Assembly: GCA_965248055.1 (NCBI GenBank)
Contig: CBDFIJ010000004.1
Coordinates: forward strand, 2,560,001-2,624,000
DNA length: 64,000 nucleotides
Origin: Candidatus Multivoradales bacterium
Lineage (GTDB): Bacteria > Acidobacteriota > Thermoanaerobaculia > Multivoradales > JAHEKO01
Direction of reading: 5' to 3'
Shown here: in pieces, positions 36,918-45,123 of the stretch
Numbering within the stretch: the first letter of the stretch is position 1
Layout of the letters: each line of letters starts with the position of its first letter
Position numbers and translations under genes: made by a program
The notes under the pieces: model-generated
What the model was told of the DNA's origin: nothing
Seen by the model: the letters and a program-made list of their open reading frames with translations, nothing else
The model's database searches: none

Positions 36918-37820
36918 TTATCTTGACCGTATCCATGGGTAAGTTGACCCAATTTGATACCTACTTATTACACTTGGAACCCGTACCCTGATTTGACCCT
37001 GCCAGGGGTCGGACAAATAGAGCAGTAGCCCCGCCGCCATTACGAGACTGAAGGTGACAAGTCCATGCATCACGGCGATGCCAGCATGGAGCGCAAGTCC
37101 AACAATTAATACGATCTTCCACCACTTAGGATCTATGACTAAAGCCATGAAGAGTAATATTTCCAGCGCTAGTATCGCCCACGTTATGAATACCCCAACA
37201 GGAGATGAAAATACAAACAACAGCAACCCTTTAACAGTAGCGGGAGCTCCAAACATCGGATTCTGAAGCCAGTAGTACATCGCTGTTCCGTCAACCCATT
37301 GGCTAATCTCCAGCTTAGCGGTTGCGGCCTGAAAGTAAACTACCGCCATCTGTACCCGAATGGCGACCCACGCTACCCTCTGAACGGACCACTTAGCGGG
37401 GACATGGGCAGTCTCCAGCGGACCGACACCGGTTCTTAAGAAGATCAAGGGGATCAATAACAAAGTTAGATTCGCCGCTAATTGCTCGCCTCCTTCGACC
37501 AGAAGCAGTGAGACCGCCAAACTATGAGCTATCCACCAGTGCAAGATCGCTCCTAGCCTTCCCAGTAGTCCTGCCGCGATGACCAATAGTATTCCGACCA
37601 AGAGCCACCTGAACGGCTCCAGAGCCCAAACAGGTAAATGGTGGAAGATACTCAACTCAACGAAAGAACTTGGGGGTACTAGGTCGGTCGCTTTCACGCC
37701 GTTGGGTAAAAAAAGAAGATCTGGTTTGTGCACGGCGAGGACGATCGCCGAAGACATAGCAAGTATTGCTCTGGCAAGGCCGAATGTGGAAACAGCGATA
37801 GTTGTCGAAGCTCTATTCAT
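36918..37820 (-). CDS. sdpB: SdpB-family (HTTM-domain) toxin maturation protein
   Basis: GLARAILA, HWWIAHS..EGGEQ, IRVQMAVVYFQA..K..WVDGTAMYYW, LHAGIAVMHGL. Confidence 0.88.
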   Translation of the reverse strand: MNRASTTIAVSTFGLARAILAMSSAIVLAVHKPDLLFLPNGVKATDLVPPSSFVELSIFHHLPVWALEPFRWLLVGILLVIAAGLLGRLGAILHWWIAHSLAVSLLLVEGGEQLAANLTLLLIPLIFLRTGVGPLETAHVPAKWSVQRVAWVAIRVQMAVVYFQAATAKLEISQWVDGTAMYYWLQNPMFGAPATVKGLLLFVFSSPVGVFITWAILALEILLFMALVIDPKWWKIVLIVGLALHAGIAVMHGLVTFSLVMAAGLLLYLSDPWQGQIRVRVPSVISRYQIGSTYPWIRSR

Positions 37821-38362
37821 TTCGGATTAGTACAAATGTGAGCGCACTTTGCAGGCATTTCGTCGGGGTGGACATCTCCGAACCAAGACCATGGAACCAC
37901 TTCCTGGATGCGCGCAATAAAGCATTCAGCTCTTACTACCCGAGCAAGAGGGCCTGTGGGCCCGGTGGTGAAATAAGCGTCTGGAACACTGTCCGTATAC
38001 TTACGGGTGGGCCCCGAACAGTCTCTCCATTGGTCTTCTGGTACCCCTTGGAGAGATGTCTGCAGGGCCATCATTTCAAAACGGTTACCTCGACCCAATC
38101 CAAAAAAATGGCGCACCTGTCTGTTGCTCAAGTTAACTTCTTCCCACTGGCCAGGCATACTCTCTTCGAAAAAAAGAATTTGAGGTTCACGTGGGTTGCG
38201 TGTAAAGAACCCCCATCCTTGCGGAATTAGTGACTTAATGGCGAGGGATTGCCCCAAGGGCAGGCTGATTGGATTGGGCGGCATCGACGCCCTCAACAAC
38301 CACACCGCCAGGATGCTGTAGGCCGCAACGGCCAGGGTCACCTTGGCTTGGGGCAATCTCAA
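37817..38362 (-). CDS. sdpA: SdpA-family toxin maturation protein
   Basis: PQGWGFFTRNPR, FGLGR, VPWSW; coupled to sdpB. Confidence 0.88.
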   Translation of the reverse strand: MRLPQAKVTLAVAAYSILAVWLLRASMPPNPISLPLGQSLAIKSLIPQGWGFFTRNPREPQILFFEESMPGQWEEVNLSNRQVRHFFGLGRGNRFEMMALQTSLQGVPEDQWRDCSGPTRKYTDSVPDAYFTTGPTGPLARVVRAECFIARIQEVVPWSWFGDVHPDEMPAKCAHICTNPK

Positions 38363-38386
38363 AACAAAATTCTCAAAAACGAAAAA

Positions 38387-39097
38387 TCAATGACCGAAAG
38401 CGATCGCTATGGAATCCACAACTTGCTCCTGTATGAGGCTCGAAGAGCCACTGCTCGCTGAAGCTCCGACTTCTACCTCAACGACGGCAACTACAACAGC
38501 AGCAGCAGCAATAGCGCCCGCAACATACGTCGCTACGGCAGCCCACAGAAAAACAGCAGCATAGGCGACTAGTGCAATAACAGCGACAAAGGTAAGGCTA
38601 ATAGCTCCCTGATCGGGATTACTTCCGAGCTCGAATGCGGCAGTCATTTCGTCAATCGAACTGTATCCTTTGCCGGATTCACTTTTGAGCATTTTGGCTA
38701 CTATGCCATTGATGTCCACCACGGCAACTGTTATATCCGCTGCTTCCTCAAGGGCTCTCTCTATCACGAACCGGTTTCCAGAAGTCAAGCGACGGTGAAA
38801 ACGCTTAAAGAAGGTACTATCTGCCTCCCGGATACGATCGATAAGTTGGTCGAATCTGGCCTCTACGTCTGGCAGATATTCCTTTGGTACGACAGCAGCG
38901 AGATCAAGGACTTGGCGCAGTGCTGGAATCTGTGCCAATGCTTCGCCTCGTCCCTGGAAAACAGCCATGTATAGGGTCTCTCCATCAAAATCTAATCTTG
39001 GTTTCGCTGTGGCTGTGGTGGGAACTGCGAGCTGGATAAGCATTGCGGTCATCACTATAAAAGATGTGCCATGAACCAGCTTTTCGATTTTCAACAT
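38387..39097 (-). CDS. sdpC: SdpC-family (sporulation-delaying protein) toxin precursor
   Basis: Signal peptide; FDGETLY..FQGRG, FFKRF..SGN pro-domain; long Ala/Val-rich core; C-terminal LIQEQVVDSIA. Confidence 0.82.
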   Translation of the reverse strand: MLKIEKLVHGTSFIVMTAMLIQLAVPTTATAKPRLDFDGETLYMAVFQGRGEALAQIPALRQVLDLAAVVPKEYLPDVEARFDQLIDRIREADSTFFKRFHRRLTSGNRFVIERALEEAADITVAVVDINGIVAKMLKSESGKGYSSIDEMTAAFELGSNPDQGAISLTFVAVIALVAYAAVFLWAAVATYVAGAIAAAAVVVAVVEVEVGASASSGSSSLIQEQVVDSIAIAFGH

Positions 39098-39409
39098 TCT
39101 TGATCTCCTTTCCCTTGGTGGCTTGCGGCCAAAAGTTGCTTTCGTGTTTCGGCATCAGGGGTCCAACAACGGATTGATGGTTCGAATCACGACCTTCAAA
39201 AAAAGAAGCCTACATTCTGCGCTGCTTCTTGTCTACCGAGTGGTGGAATTGGGGTCTCAAGAGCTCGACTAGGAGGTAGCGGGTTGTTTGGTTCCCGAAA
39301 ATGACAGTACTGCTCTTTCTTGCGTGTCGTCTTCCATCAGAAAGTGGGACAAGCTCGCTCATGCGAAGGGATTTTCTCCTGTTTTGTAGCTATGTAGCCA
39401 TAGACCTAC

Positions 39410-40177
39410 CTAGTCGCACGCAAGGCAAGTAAGCTGGTGTCTAAACTCATCACCTTCAAATAATTGGTCAGGGCGCAACTTGGCACTGAAATCAACAAGT
39501 CCCGCATCTGTCCGAAAGAAACGAAAAATGAGTCCGTCTGCCTCTTTGCCACAAAATTCTGTAAACGGTGTGAAACCAGGGACATTGCCCCCACAACTGG
39601 TGGAACCGTCTCTTTGTGATATTCGAGCACCCCCGTGGTTTACGGCTAACCCTCCTTGAACTATTGTCGGCTCTTCACCTATCACCTGAATGCTTCCATC
39701 GTTGCGACGAACAAAAGAACGAAAAGTGACTGCTACGTCGTGGTCATAGCCGTTTCGAATACCGTCTACTGTGTCTATTTTGGTACTGCACTGACTTACC
39801 TGTATTTCGATAAAACCACTACAAACACCAGTGCGGTACAGAACGTCAATATCAACTGACCGTTGCTCGCTGCCACAAGTTGCAGTTACGGTTGCTGTTT
39901 GCTCTCCAAATCCTGGCCACCAGAACACCGCAAACGTGTTTCCTTGACCTGTGCTCGGAGCACCTTCAGGGGCAGACCACGTAACCGTTGAGTCACATCC
40001 TTGCGCGGTAATTGTTACCGTGTCTTGATGAAACACGGCTGTTATACCAGCCGCAGAAATGGAAAAGTTGCTTGGCGCTGTCGGGCTTCCCGCTCCACCT
40101 CCACCATCTCCGCTACAACATGCCAACCCGAGAAAGATACATCCCGTTAACAAGATAGTGTTTCGTTTTGTTCGCAT
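39410..40177 (-). CDS. Cys-rich putative lipoprotein
   Basis: RBS ggagg; GLACC lipobox-like, Gly linker, beta-rich domains. Confidence 0.65.
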   Translation of the reverse strand: MRTKRNTILLTGCIFLGLACCSGDGGGGAGSPTAPSNFSISAAGITAVFHQDTVTITAQGCDSTVTWSAPEGAPSTGQGNTFAVFWWPGFGEQTATVTATCGSEQRSVDIDVLYRTGVCSGFIEIQVSQCSTKIDTVDGIRNGYDHDVAVTFRSFVRRNDGSIQVIGEEPTIVQGGLAVNHGGARISQRDGSTSCGGNVPGFTPFTEFCGKEADGLIFRFFRTDAGLVDFSAKLRPDQLFEGDEFRHQLTCLACD

Positions 40178-40206
40178 GAGCAGCCAGACCTCCATAAACG
40201 TACAGC

Positions 40207-40251
40207 AACCTATCATAGGGTAGCCTATCTTGGGCTACCCCAATATAGGCT
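40207..40251. promoter_or_regulatory. Three tandem 15-bp palindromic operator boxes
   Basis: AACCTATCATAGGGT / AGCCTATCTTGGGCT / ACCCCAATATAGGCT between divergent genes. Confidence 0.7.
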
Positions 40252-40264
40252 GCAGGATTGCAGG

Positions 40265-40495
40265 ATGGCATCCCGCTATCAAGACAGCTATGGACACATG
40301 CTCGAATTGCTCAAAACAGCTCGACTTGAAGCCGAGCTCCGCCAGTCCGATGTGGCGTCAAAGATCGGCGTCAATCAGACCTGGGTTTCAAAAGTGGAAC
40401 TTGGGGAGCGACGACTGGACCCGGTTGAACTCGTTAAACTTGCACAGATCTATGGGAAGCCAGTCAGTGAGTTTCTTCCTGAGGAGGTGCGGTAG
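40265..40495 (+). CDS. Small XRE-family HTH regulator
   Basis: ARLEAELRQSDVA..NQTWVSKVELGERRLD. Confidence 0.88.
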   Translation: MASRYQDSYGHMLELLKTARLEAELRQSDVASKIGVNQTWVSKVELGERRLDPVELVKLAQIYGKPVSEFLPEEVR

Positions 40496-40777
40496 CTCGC
40501 TACGGGCCTCATGCAGCGTTACAAAGACAAGTAGCAAGTTCTAGTTCTTGCAAAGACGTTCATGCAGGGAAGGCATCAAACGATGCTCGTAGTCCAGGTC
40601 TGGATACCTGTGAGCTAGTTCGCCGGTGCTTGTCCATCGGGAATCGTCCATTTCTGGAGCTCTTCTAAGTCGTTGATCCAGTGTTCAACAGAACATAGAC
40701 TAAAGTGCGCACCCCCTGCAAGCGGCTCAATACTGTTCGAAGCGGACGTATGATGCTAGATACGGGAAGAAAACAAC

Positions 40778-41938
40778 ATGCCTAATTTCGATACGCCTAT
40801 TCAGATCTCGACGATTGGAAAAGTAAAGGAATTCAAACGGTCCGAGCAGCTTGTCGACTGGTTAGAAAGAGAGCAAGAAGCTTGGCAGTGGGTCCATGGA
40901 TTCAACATCAATATTCGGGCAGCTTCAAGTGTTATTACTGCAATCAAGCAACAACAAGCCAACGAAGATGGCGAGTTCGCTTCGCATCCCACCGTGAATC
41001 TGATCAATAGTCATCGTGTTAGAGATGTTTTCTTGCGGTTGCCCGTAAGCACGTCTCCCATGGGCAAGTTCGTTCTTGCAGTCAAAGAAGAGCGAAGTGA
41101 GACTGCCGCTGCGGGTGTACTGGAAGCTCTATCAGGACAGCAAGTCGGAGGGCATCCACAGCTACCCGAACATCGAATAGGACAGGTTCTGGGTGTGCTT
41201 CGGATGGAAGGATTCACGAAGTCTTCACTTAAGACCGCGCTTGGAAAATGGGATGATCTGAATTCCGAACTCGACACCATCAAAGACGATGCTGCAACTG
41301 CTGTTGTTGCGACTTCCGAACAACTAAGCGAATTAGTCGACTCGCACAATGCTCTTCAAGAGCAACTTCGGGACGTTCACGCGAGCACAATCGAAGAGAT
41401 GAAGACTGAATACGGTGACCTTTTGACCGGGCAGAAGGAGCGCTACGTCGACATTGAGAAGGCATTCAAAGAAAAACTGCAGCTTGAAGGACCGGTTACA
41501 TATTGGAACAAGAAAGGAGAACGACATAAAAAAAGTGCTATTTACTGGGGAGCTCTACTCGGGCTCGCGCTTGCACTCGGGTCCTTTGGCTTCTTGTTTC
41601 TGGCGAGGATGTTTCTCGTGACTTCCGCTGGAGACCTAGTAGCACTTGAGTTCGGACAGGTAACTGCACTGGCGATAGGAGCAATTCCGTTCGTCATTTT
41701 TCTGCGACTACTGATTCGCAACTTTCTTGGGCACATGCACTTGTACGAAGATGCGTCCATGCGTTCAAAAATGGTCTCTGTGTACCAAGCGCTGATAGCG
41801 GAAGGCGAATCTATTGCTGAGGAAGATCGAAGAATCGTACTGGAAGCCATCTTCAGGCCCACAGCTACGTCATTTGCTAAAGAAGAACGTATCCCAATGG
41901 GTGGCTGGTCATCAATTGCCAAAGCAATGAAGAGTTGA
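40778..41938 (+). CDS. Coiled-coil + 2-TM protein (DUF6161-like)
   Basis: PVTYWNKK, two TM helices, HLYEDASMR..YQAL..DRRIVLEAIFRP. Confidence 0.7.
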   Translation: MPNFDTPIQISTIGKVKEFKRSEQLVDWLEREQEAWQWVHGFNINIRAASSVITAIKQQQANEDGEFASHPTVNLINSHRVRDVFLRLPVSTSPMGKFVLAVKEERSETAAAGVLEALSGQQVGGHPQLPEHRIGQVLGVLRMEGFTKSSLKTALGKWDDLNSELDTIKDDAATAVVATSEQLSELVDSHNALQEQLRDVHASTIEEMKTEYGDLLTGQKERYVDIEKAFKEKLQLEGPVTYWNKKGERHKKSAIYWGALLGLALALGSFGFLFLARMFLVTSAGDLVALEFGQVTALAIGAIPFVIFLRLLIRNFLGHMHLYEDASMRSKMVSVYQALIAEGESIAEEDRRIVLEAIFRPTATSFAKEERIPMGGWSSIAKAMKS

Positions 41939-42002
41939 ACGTGACAAGTCAACCCGTGAGAGAAATTCGGTGCGCTCATCCAAGTCAAGCGAGGAGGTCA
42001 AC

Positions 42003-42518
42003 ATGGAAGTAGGCACTGAAAGAATATGGGCAATCATTTTTCAAATCGTCACCAGCGTACCGGCAATCATATGGATTGCAACTAGGTTGCGTCGACAGCA
42101 AGTCAGGTCCGTTAAGAATTGGGTGTCGAGATTTCGTAGAACTGTCCGCAACACATTATTAACGCTTCCGCCGTTTGCCTACTTGGAACGATTTGTGATT
42201 CGACAGAAAGAACGAATCGGTGCTGGTATTTCCGGTCTCGAGCTTTATGTTGCGGTGACAGCAGGACTAGTGACCCTACTCCTTGCCACTCACACGGTTT
42301 CCCAAGTTCTCGCTGGCAATCAAATAAAGAGCTTCGTAGCAGCCGTTCTTGCAGTCGTCACCTTCCAACTCGGTTGCTTCATGTATGCCGATGCAAAGCA
42401 GCAGTGGCTCAGGTTGCGAGGGGATCGCCCCGCTGCTGTCGTACTCAGCGTGTCTTTTCTGGGACCGTTGACTGTCGCGTTGACCGGCGCATTGCTCGAA
42501 ATTTTACAGGGCGTCTAA
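42003..42518 (+). CDS. Hypothetical membrane protein
   Basis: RBS gaggagg; about 4 hydrophobic helices. Confidence 0.6.
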   Translation: MEVGTERIWAIIFQIVTSVPAIIWIATRLRRQQVRSVKNWVSRFRRTVRNTLLTLPPFAYLERFVIRQKERIGAGISGLELYVAVTAGLVTLLLATHTVSQVLAGNQIKSFVAAVLAVVTFQLGCFMYADAKQQWLRLRGDRPAAVVLSVSFLGPLTVALTGALLEILQGV

Positions 42519-42721
42519 TAGCGGAGATTTTGTTTTTGAAGATAGCGTGGAACAATGCCCTTGCTCATTTCCTGTATTGCTTGTGGTGCACTCATGGTGC
42601 AGTTGGCCCCAACTATTCACCTGTCAAGACAAGAATTCTCAACACTCATGACTATTCTAAGCAGTTCATTATGGTGTAGTTAGCTATTGTGGGTTGTTGG
42701 GCGCTATTGGCTTAGAACACA

Positions 42722-42789
42722 CTTCAAAACCGTTGTCCCGTTCCGGATCGGTTCGGGGGGTGGGTTCGATTCCCATGCGCTTCCGCCAC
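42722..42789 (+). repeat. att site: duplicated 3' two-thirds of selC
   Basis: Matches 16790-16857 except C16820 vs T42752; starts at the anticodon loop. Confidence 0.95.
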
Positions 42790-42861
42790 TCGCTTTCAAC
42801 GAGATTCAATTCGCTCTCGATGGGGCTGGAGATATTACGCCAAATAGTAATTTCCACGGGA

Positions 42862-43100
42862 TTCGGGACACATCTTCGACTCAGCAAAGAGTTCAAACGC
42901 GAGGCAGTTCGTCAGGCGCTGGAAAGCGATTCACCGATGTCGTCAGTGGCTCGAGATCTGGGAATCCGGCCCAATCTTCTGGGTAGGTGGAAGTATCAGT
43001 ACCTGGGAGGCCCAGCGCACGCGTTTCCGGCGAGGGCCGATTGAAGCCGGAGGATGAAGAGGTGCGTCGGCTACCTACGGCGCAGAGGAAGGCCAAACCG
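42862..43100 (+). pseudogene. IS3-family transposase OrfA remnant
   Basis: SKEFKREAVR..SVARDLGI..LGRW..AFP; frameshifted, no OrfB. Confidence 0.75.
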
Positions 43101-43310
43101 AGTTCGGAGAGTACGCCATCGAGTACCTCAAACGAGTCTCGTCTCGTTGACGATATTTGATTGCCATCGAGGGTGAAGACGACGAGCTGCAGTTGATCGG
43201 TGACGTCTTGGTGCGGCTATCGCCCAAGTTGTTTTTCAAGGTCAACAGCGGCTTTGGCCTAACCGAGAAGGTCGAGGACTTCGCCCCGGAAATCGGGCTG
43301 ATGTCCGATT

Positions 43311-44789
43311 CTAAAGAGCGTCAAGCGAAGCTAAGGCCTGTTCCCGTCGCTCTCGTTCGCGCAGCGCATCCACCTTGTCTGCGGGTGCTACCCGTTGTTC
43401 ACACTGCTTCTCGGTCAGCGTGCACCGCTCACAGGTAAACCCGACTTCCGATTGGATGATCGCCGGATCTTCAGCAAACCGAATGGCACGACGAGTGGCA
43501 GCATTGAGCAGCCAACCAATGGTCACTGAGGACTGGCGGCTGGCGTCCAACGCGAACGGACGCGACGCCGAGAGGGTCAAGAAGTCGAGATCCGGTTCAA
43601 AGAAATGGCATCGTTGCGCCTGTAGCTGGGGTGTCGCCACCGGTGGCGTCGAGGCAAGCAGTTGAAAAGAAGGCCATCGACGGCAGTGATGTTCTTGCAA
43701 CCCCAATCCTTGGGTCAAAGAGAGGGGAGACATATTGAGCAGTTTGGTCACGCGGGCAAAACCTGCGAGTCCAGTGCTCATACGCACGAAGTAAGACTGC
43801 TCTAGGTTGAAGGCTTTGGGTACCACTTGGGTGAGGCGGGTGAAGTAGGTCTCAGGCGTGGCGGAGAAACGCTGCATCGCTTGGCGCAACAGTTTCGGCT
43901 GCCAGGTTGCTGCGGCGAAGATTTTTGAGATGTCGTCGATCACCGTTTCGGCGTCCAGCAATAGGGCCCCGGAAAAATATGAGGCCTGGAAGTTGTTGAG
44001 TACCTGATCGAAGGACTCCACCTGCAGCCAGGAAGAGGTCAGCGCTCGCTCCTTGAGTCCCAGAACCGCGTAGCCGACCTCTCGTGCCAAGACGAAGGCC
44101 TGTTGTGAAGGAAGCAAGCTCGGGTTGATGAACAGAGTCGGGCGCTTTCTTGGTTGGAAAACGGAACGGAAGCCGGACAACTCTTGGTTGCTCCCCAGGG
44201 CTTCAAAGTCGAGCACGTAGCCAAATCGTTCGTTGAGGCTGTCGGCCAAGGGTTGGGGTGTGATCGGCTTACCCGGTTTCAGTTTGGTCTCAGCGCGAAA
44301 ACTGGCAGCCGCGCTCTCCAAGTCAGGAAAGTGGTTGTGATGCATTTGTTGATAGGCGCGCAGCGCTGCGAGGAGAAACGATTCGAAGTCGAGGTCGTGG
44401 GATTGCGCGACATCGACCAAGGCTCGCATCAAGGCCCCGGCTCGTTTTGGGTCGCCGCTAAACAAGCTAAAAACATCTTCGACGTCGAATCCGAACAGCT
44501 CGAAGGGAAATTCGCGCAGAAACGGCGACCCCAGGGCGCTCTTGAGAGAAACTAGGTCATCGCTGACCTTTAGCGAAACCAACTCGTCAAAGCTGATCTC
44601 TAGCGCTTCGGCCATCACCATCAATTTTTCCGGCTTGGGATATTTTTTGCCCTTCTCGATTTCGCTGAGGTAGGAAATCGCCATCCCGGTCTTGTCGGCC
44701 AGGGAGCTCAAGGTCAGTTGGCGCTGCTTGCGCAGTCGACGCAGCTTGAGCCCGAGAACGAAGCGCGGATTGTCGGTTGAGATATTCAT
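43311..44789 (-). CDS. XRE-family short-chain fatty acyl-CoA regulator (RamB/PrpR-like)
   Basis: N-terminal HTH SYLSEIEKGKKYP, M78-like centre, HHCRR and TCERC..C; divergent from aceBA. Confidence 0.85.
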   Translation of the reverse strand: MNISTDNPRFVLGLKLRRLRKQRQLTLSSLADKTGMAISYLSEIEKGKKYPKPEKLMVMAEALEISFDELVSLKVSDDLVSLKSALGSPFLREFPFELFGFDVEDVFSLFSGDPKRAGALMRALVDVAQSHDLDFESFLLAALRAYQQMHHNHFPDLESAAASFRAETKLKPGKPITPQPLADSLNERFGYVLDFEALGSNQELSGFRSVFQPRKRPTLFINPSLLPSQQAFVLAREVGYAVLGLKERALTSSWLQVESFDQVLNNFQASYFSGALLLDAETVIDDISKIFAAATWQPKLLRQAMQRFSATPETYFTRLTQVVPKAFNLEQSYFVRMSTGLAGFARVTKLLNMSPLSLTQGLGLQEHHCRRWPSFQLLASTPPVATPQLQAQRCHFFEPDLDFLTLSASRPFALDASRQSSVTIGWLLNAATRRAIRFAEDPAIIQSEVGFTCERCTLTEKQCEQRVAPADKVDALRERERREQALASLDAL

Positions 44790-44790
44790 T

Positions 44791-44887
44791 TTCGCTGTTA
44801 GCGAATATTAGAGGAGGTTGGATGGGAATGGAAATTCCATAGTTAGCGAAATTTCGCTTGACAAGAAACTTCACACGTCGGTAAGGT
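44791..44887. promoter_or_regulatory. Divergent promoter with TTCGCT/AGCGAA palindromes overlapping a TTGACA -35
   Basis: ttcgct-gtt-agcgaa (44791-805), agcgaa-at-ttcgct (44845-58), TTGACA 44858-63, taaggt 44882-87. Confidence 0.6.
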
Positions 44888-44931
44888 TAGCCCGTTCGGT
44901 CCACCGGTTAACCCATATGGAGGAGCAATCG

Positions 44932-45123
44932 ATGCCTAGCAAAGCCAAGATCCAGAACGAAGGTCATCCAGAAACTGTGGAGCTGCCGAGAATGATTGCG
45001 GCTACTGTCGGGCTGGATGACACCGAGATCAGTGATCCGCCACTGTTGGTGGCAATGGGCGATGCGCAAGTGCTATTTGGTCCAGGAACCGGGCGCTTCA
45101 ACGAATTCGACGATCCTTGCTAG
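44932..45123 (+). CDS. Small hypothetical protein preceding malate synthase
   Basis: Strong RBS ggaggag; 63 aa; stop overlaps the aceB ORF start. Confidence 0.4.
   Translation: MPSKAKIQNEGHPETVELPRMIAATVGLDDTEISDPPLLVAMGDAQVLFGPGTGRFNEFDDPC

Larger units (their letters stand above)
16790..42789. mobile_element. ~26 kb composite genomic island integrated in selC
   Basis: 68-bp direct repeat at 16790-16857 and 42722-42789 (one mismatch), adjacent integrase, mobility genes inside. Confidence 0.93.

Noticed and set aside
42722-42789. Second tRNA-Sec gene
   Set aside because: Lacks the 5' acceptor strand and D arm; it is the att duplication
43110-43310. EGEDDELQLI..NSGFGLTEKVEDFAPEIG as a gene
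   Set aside because: Looks like a C-terminal beta-barrel fragment without start or stop next to the IS3 remnant; too little to call
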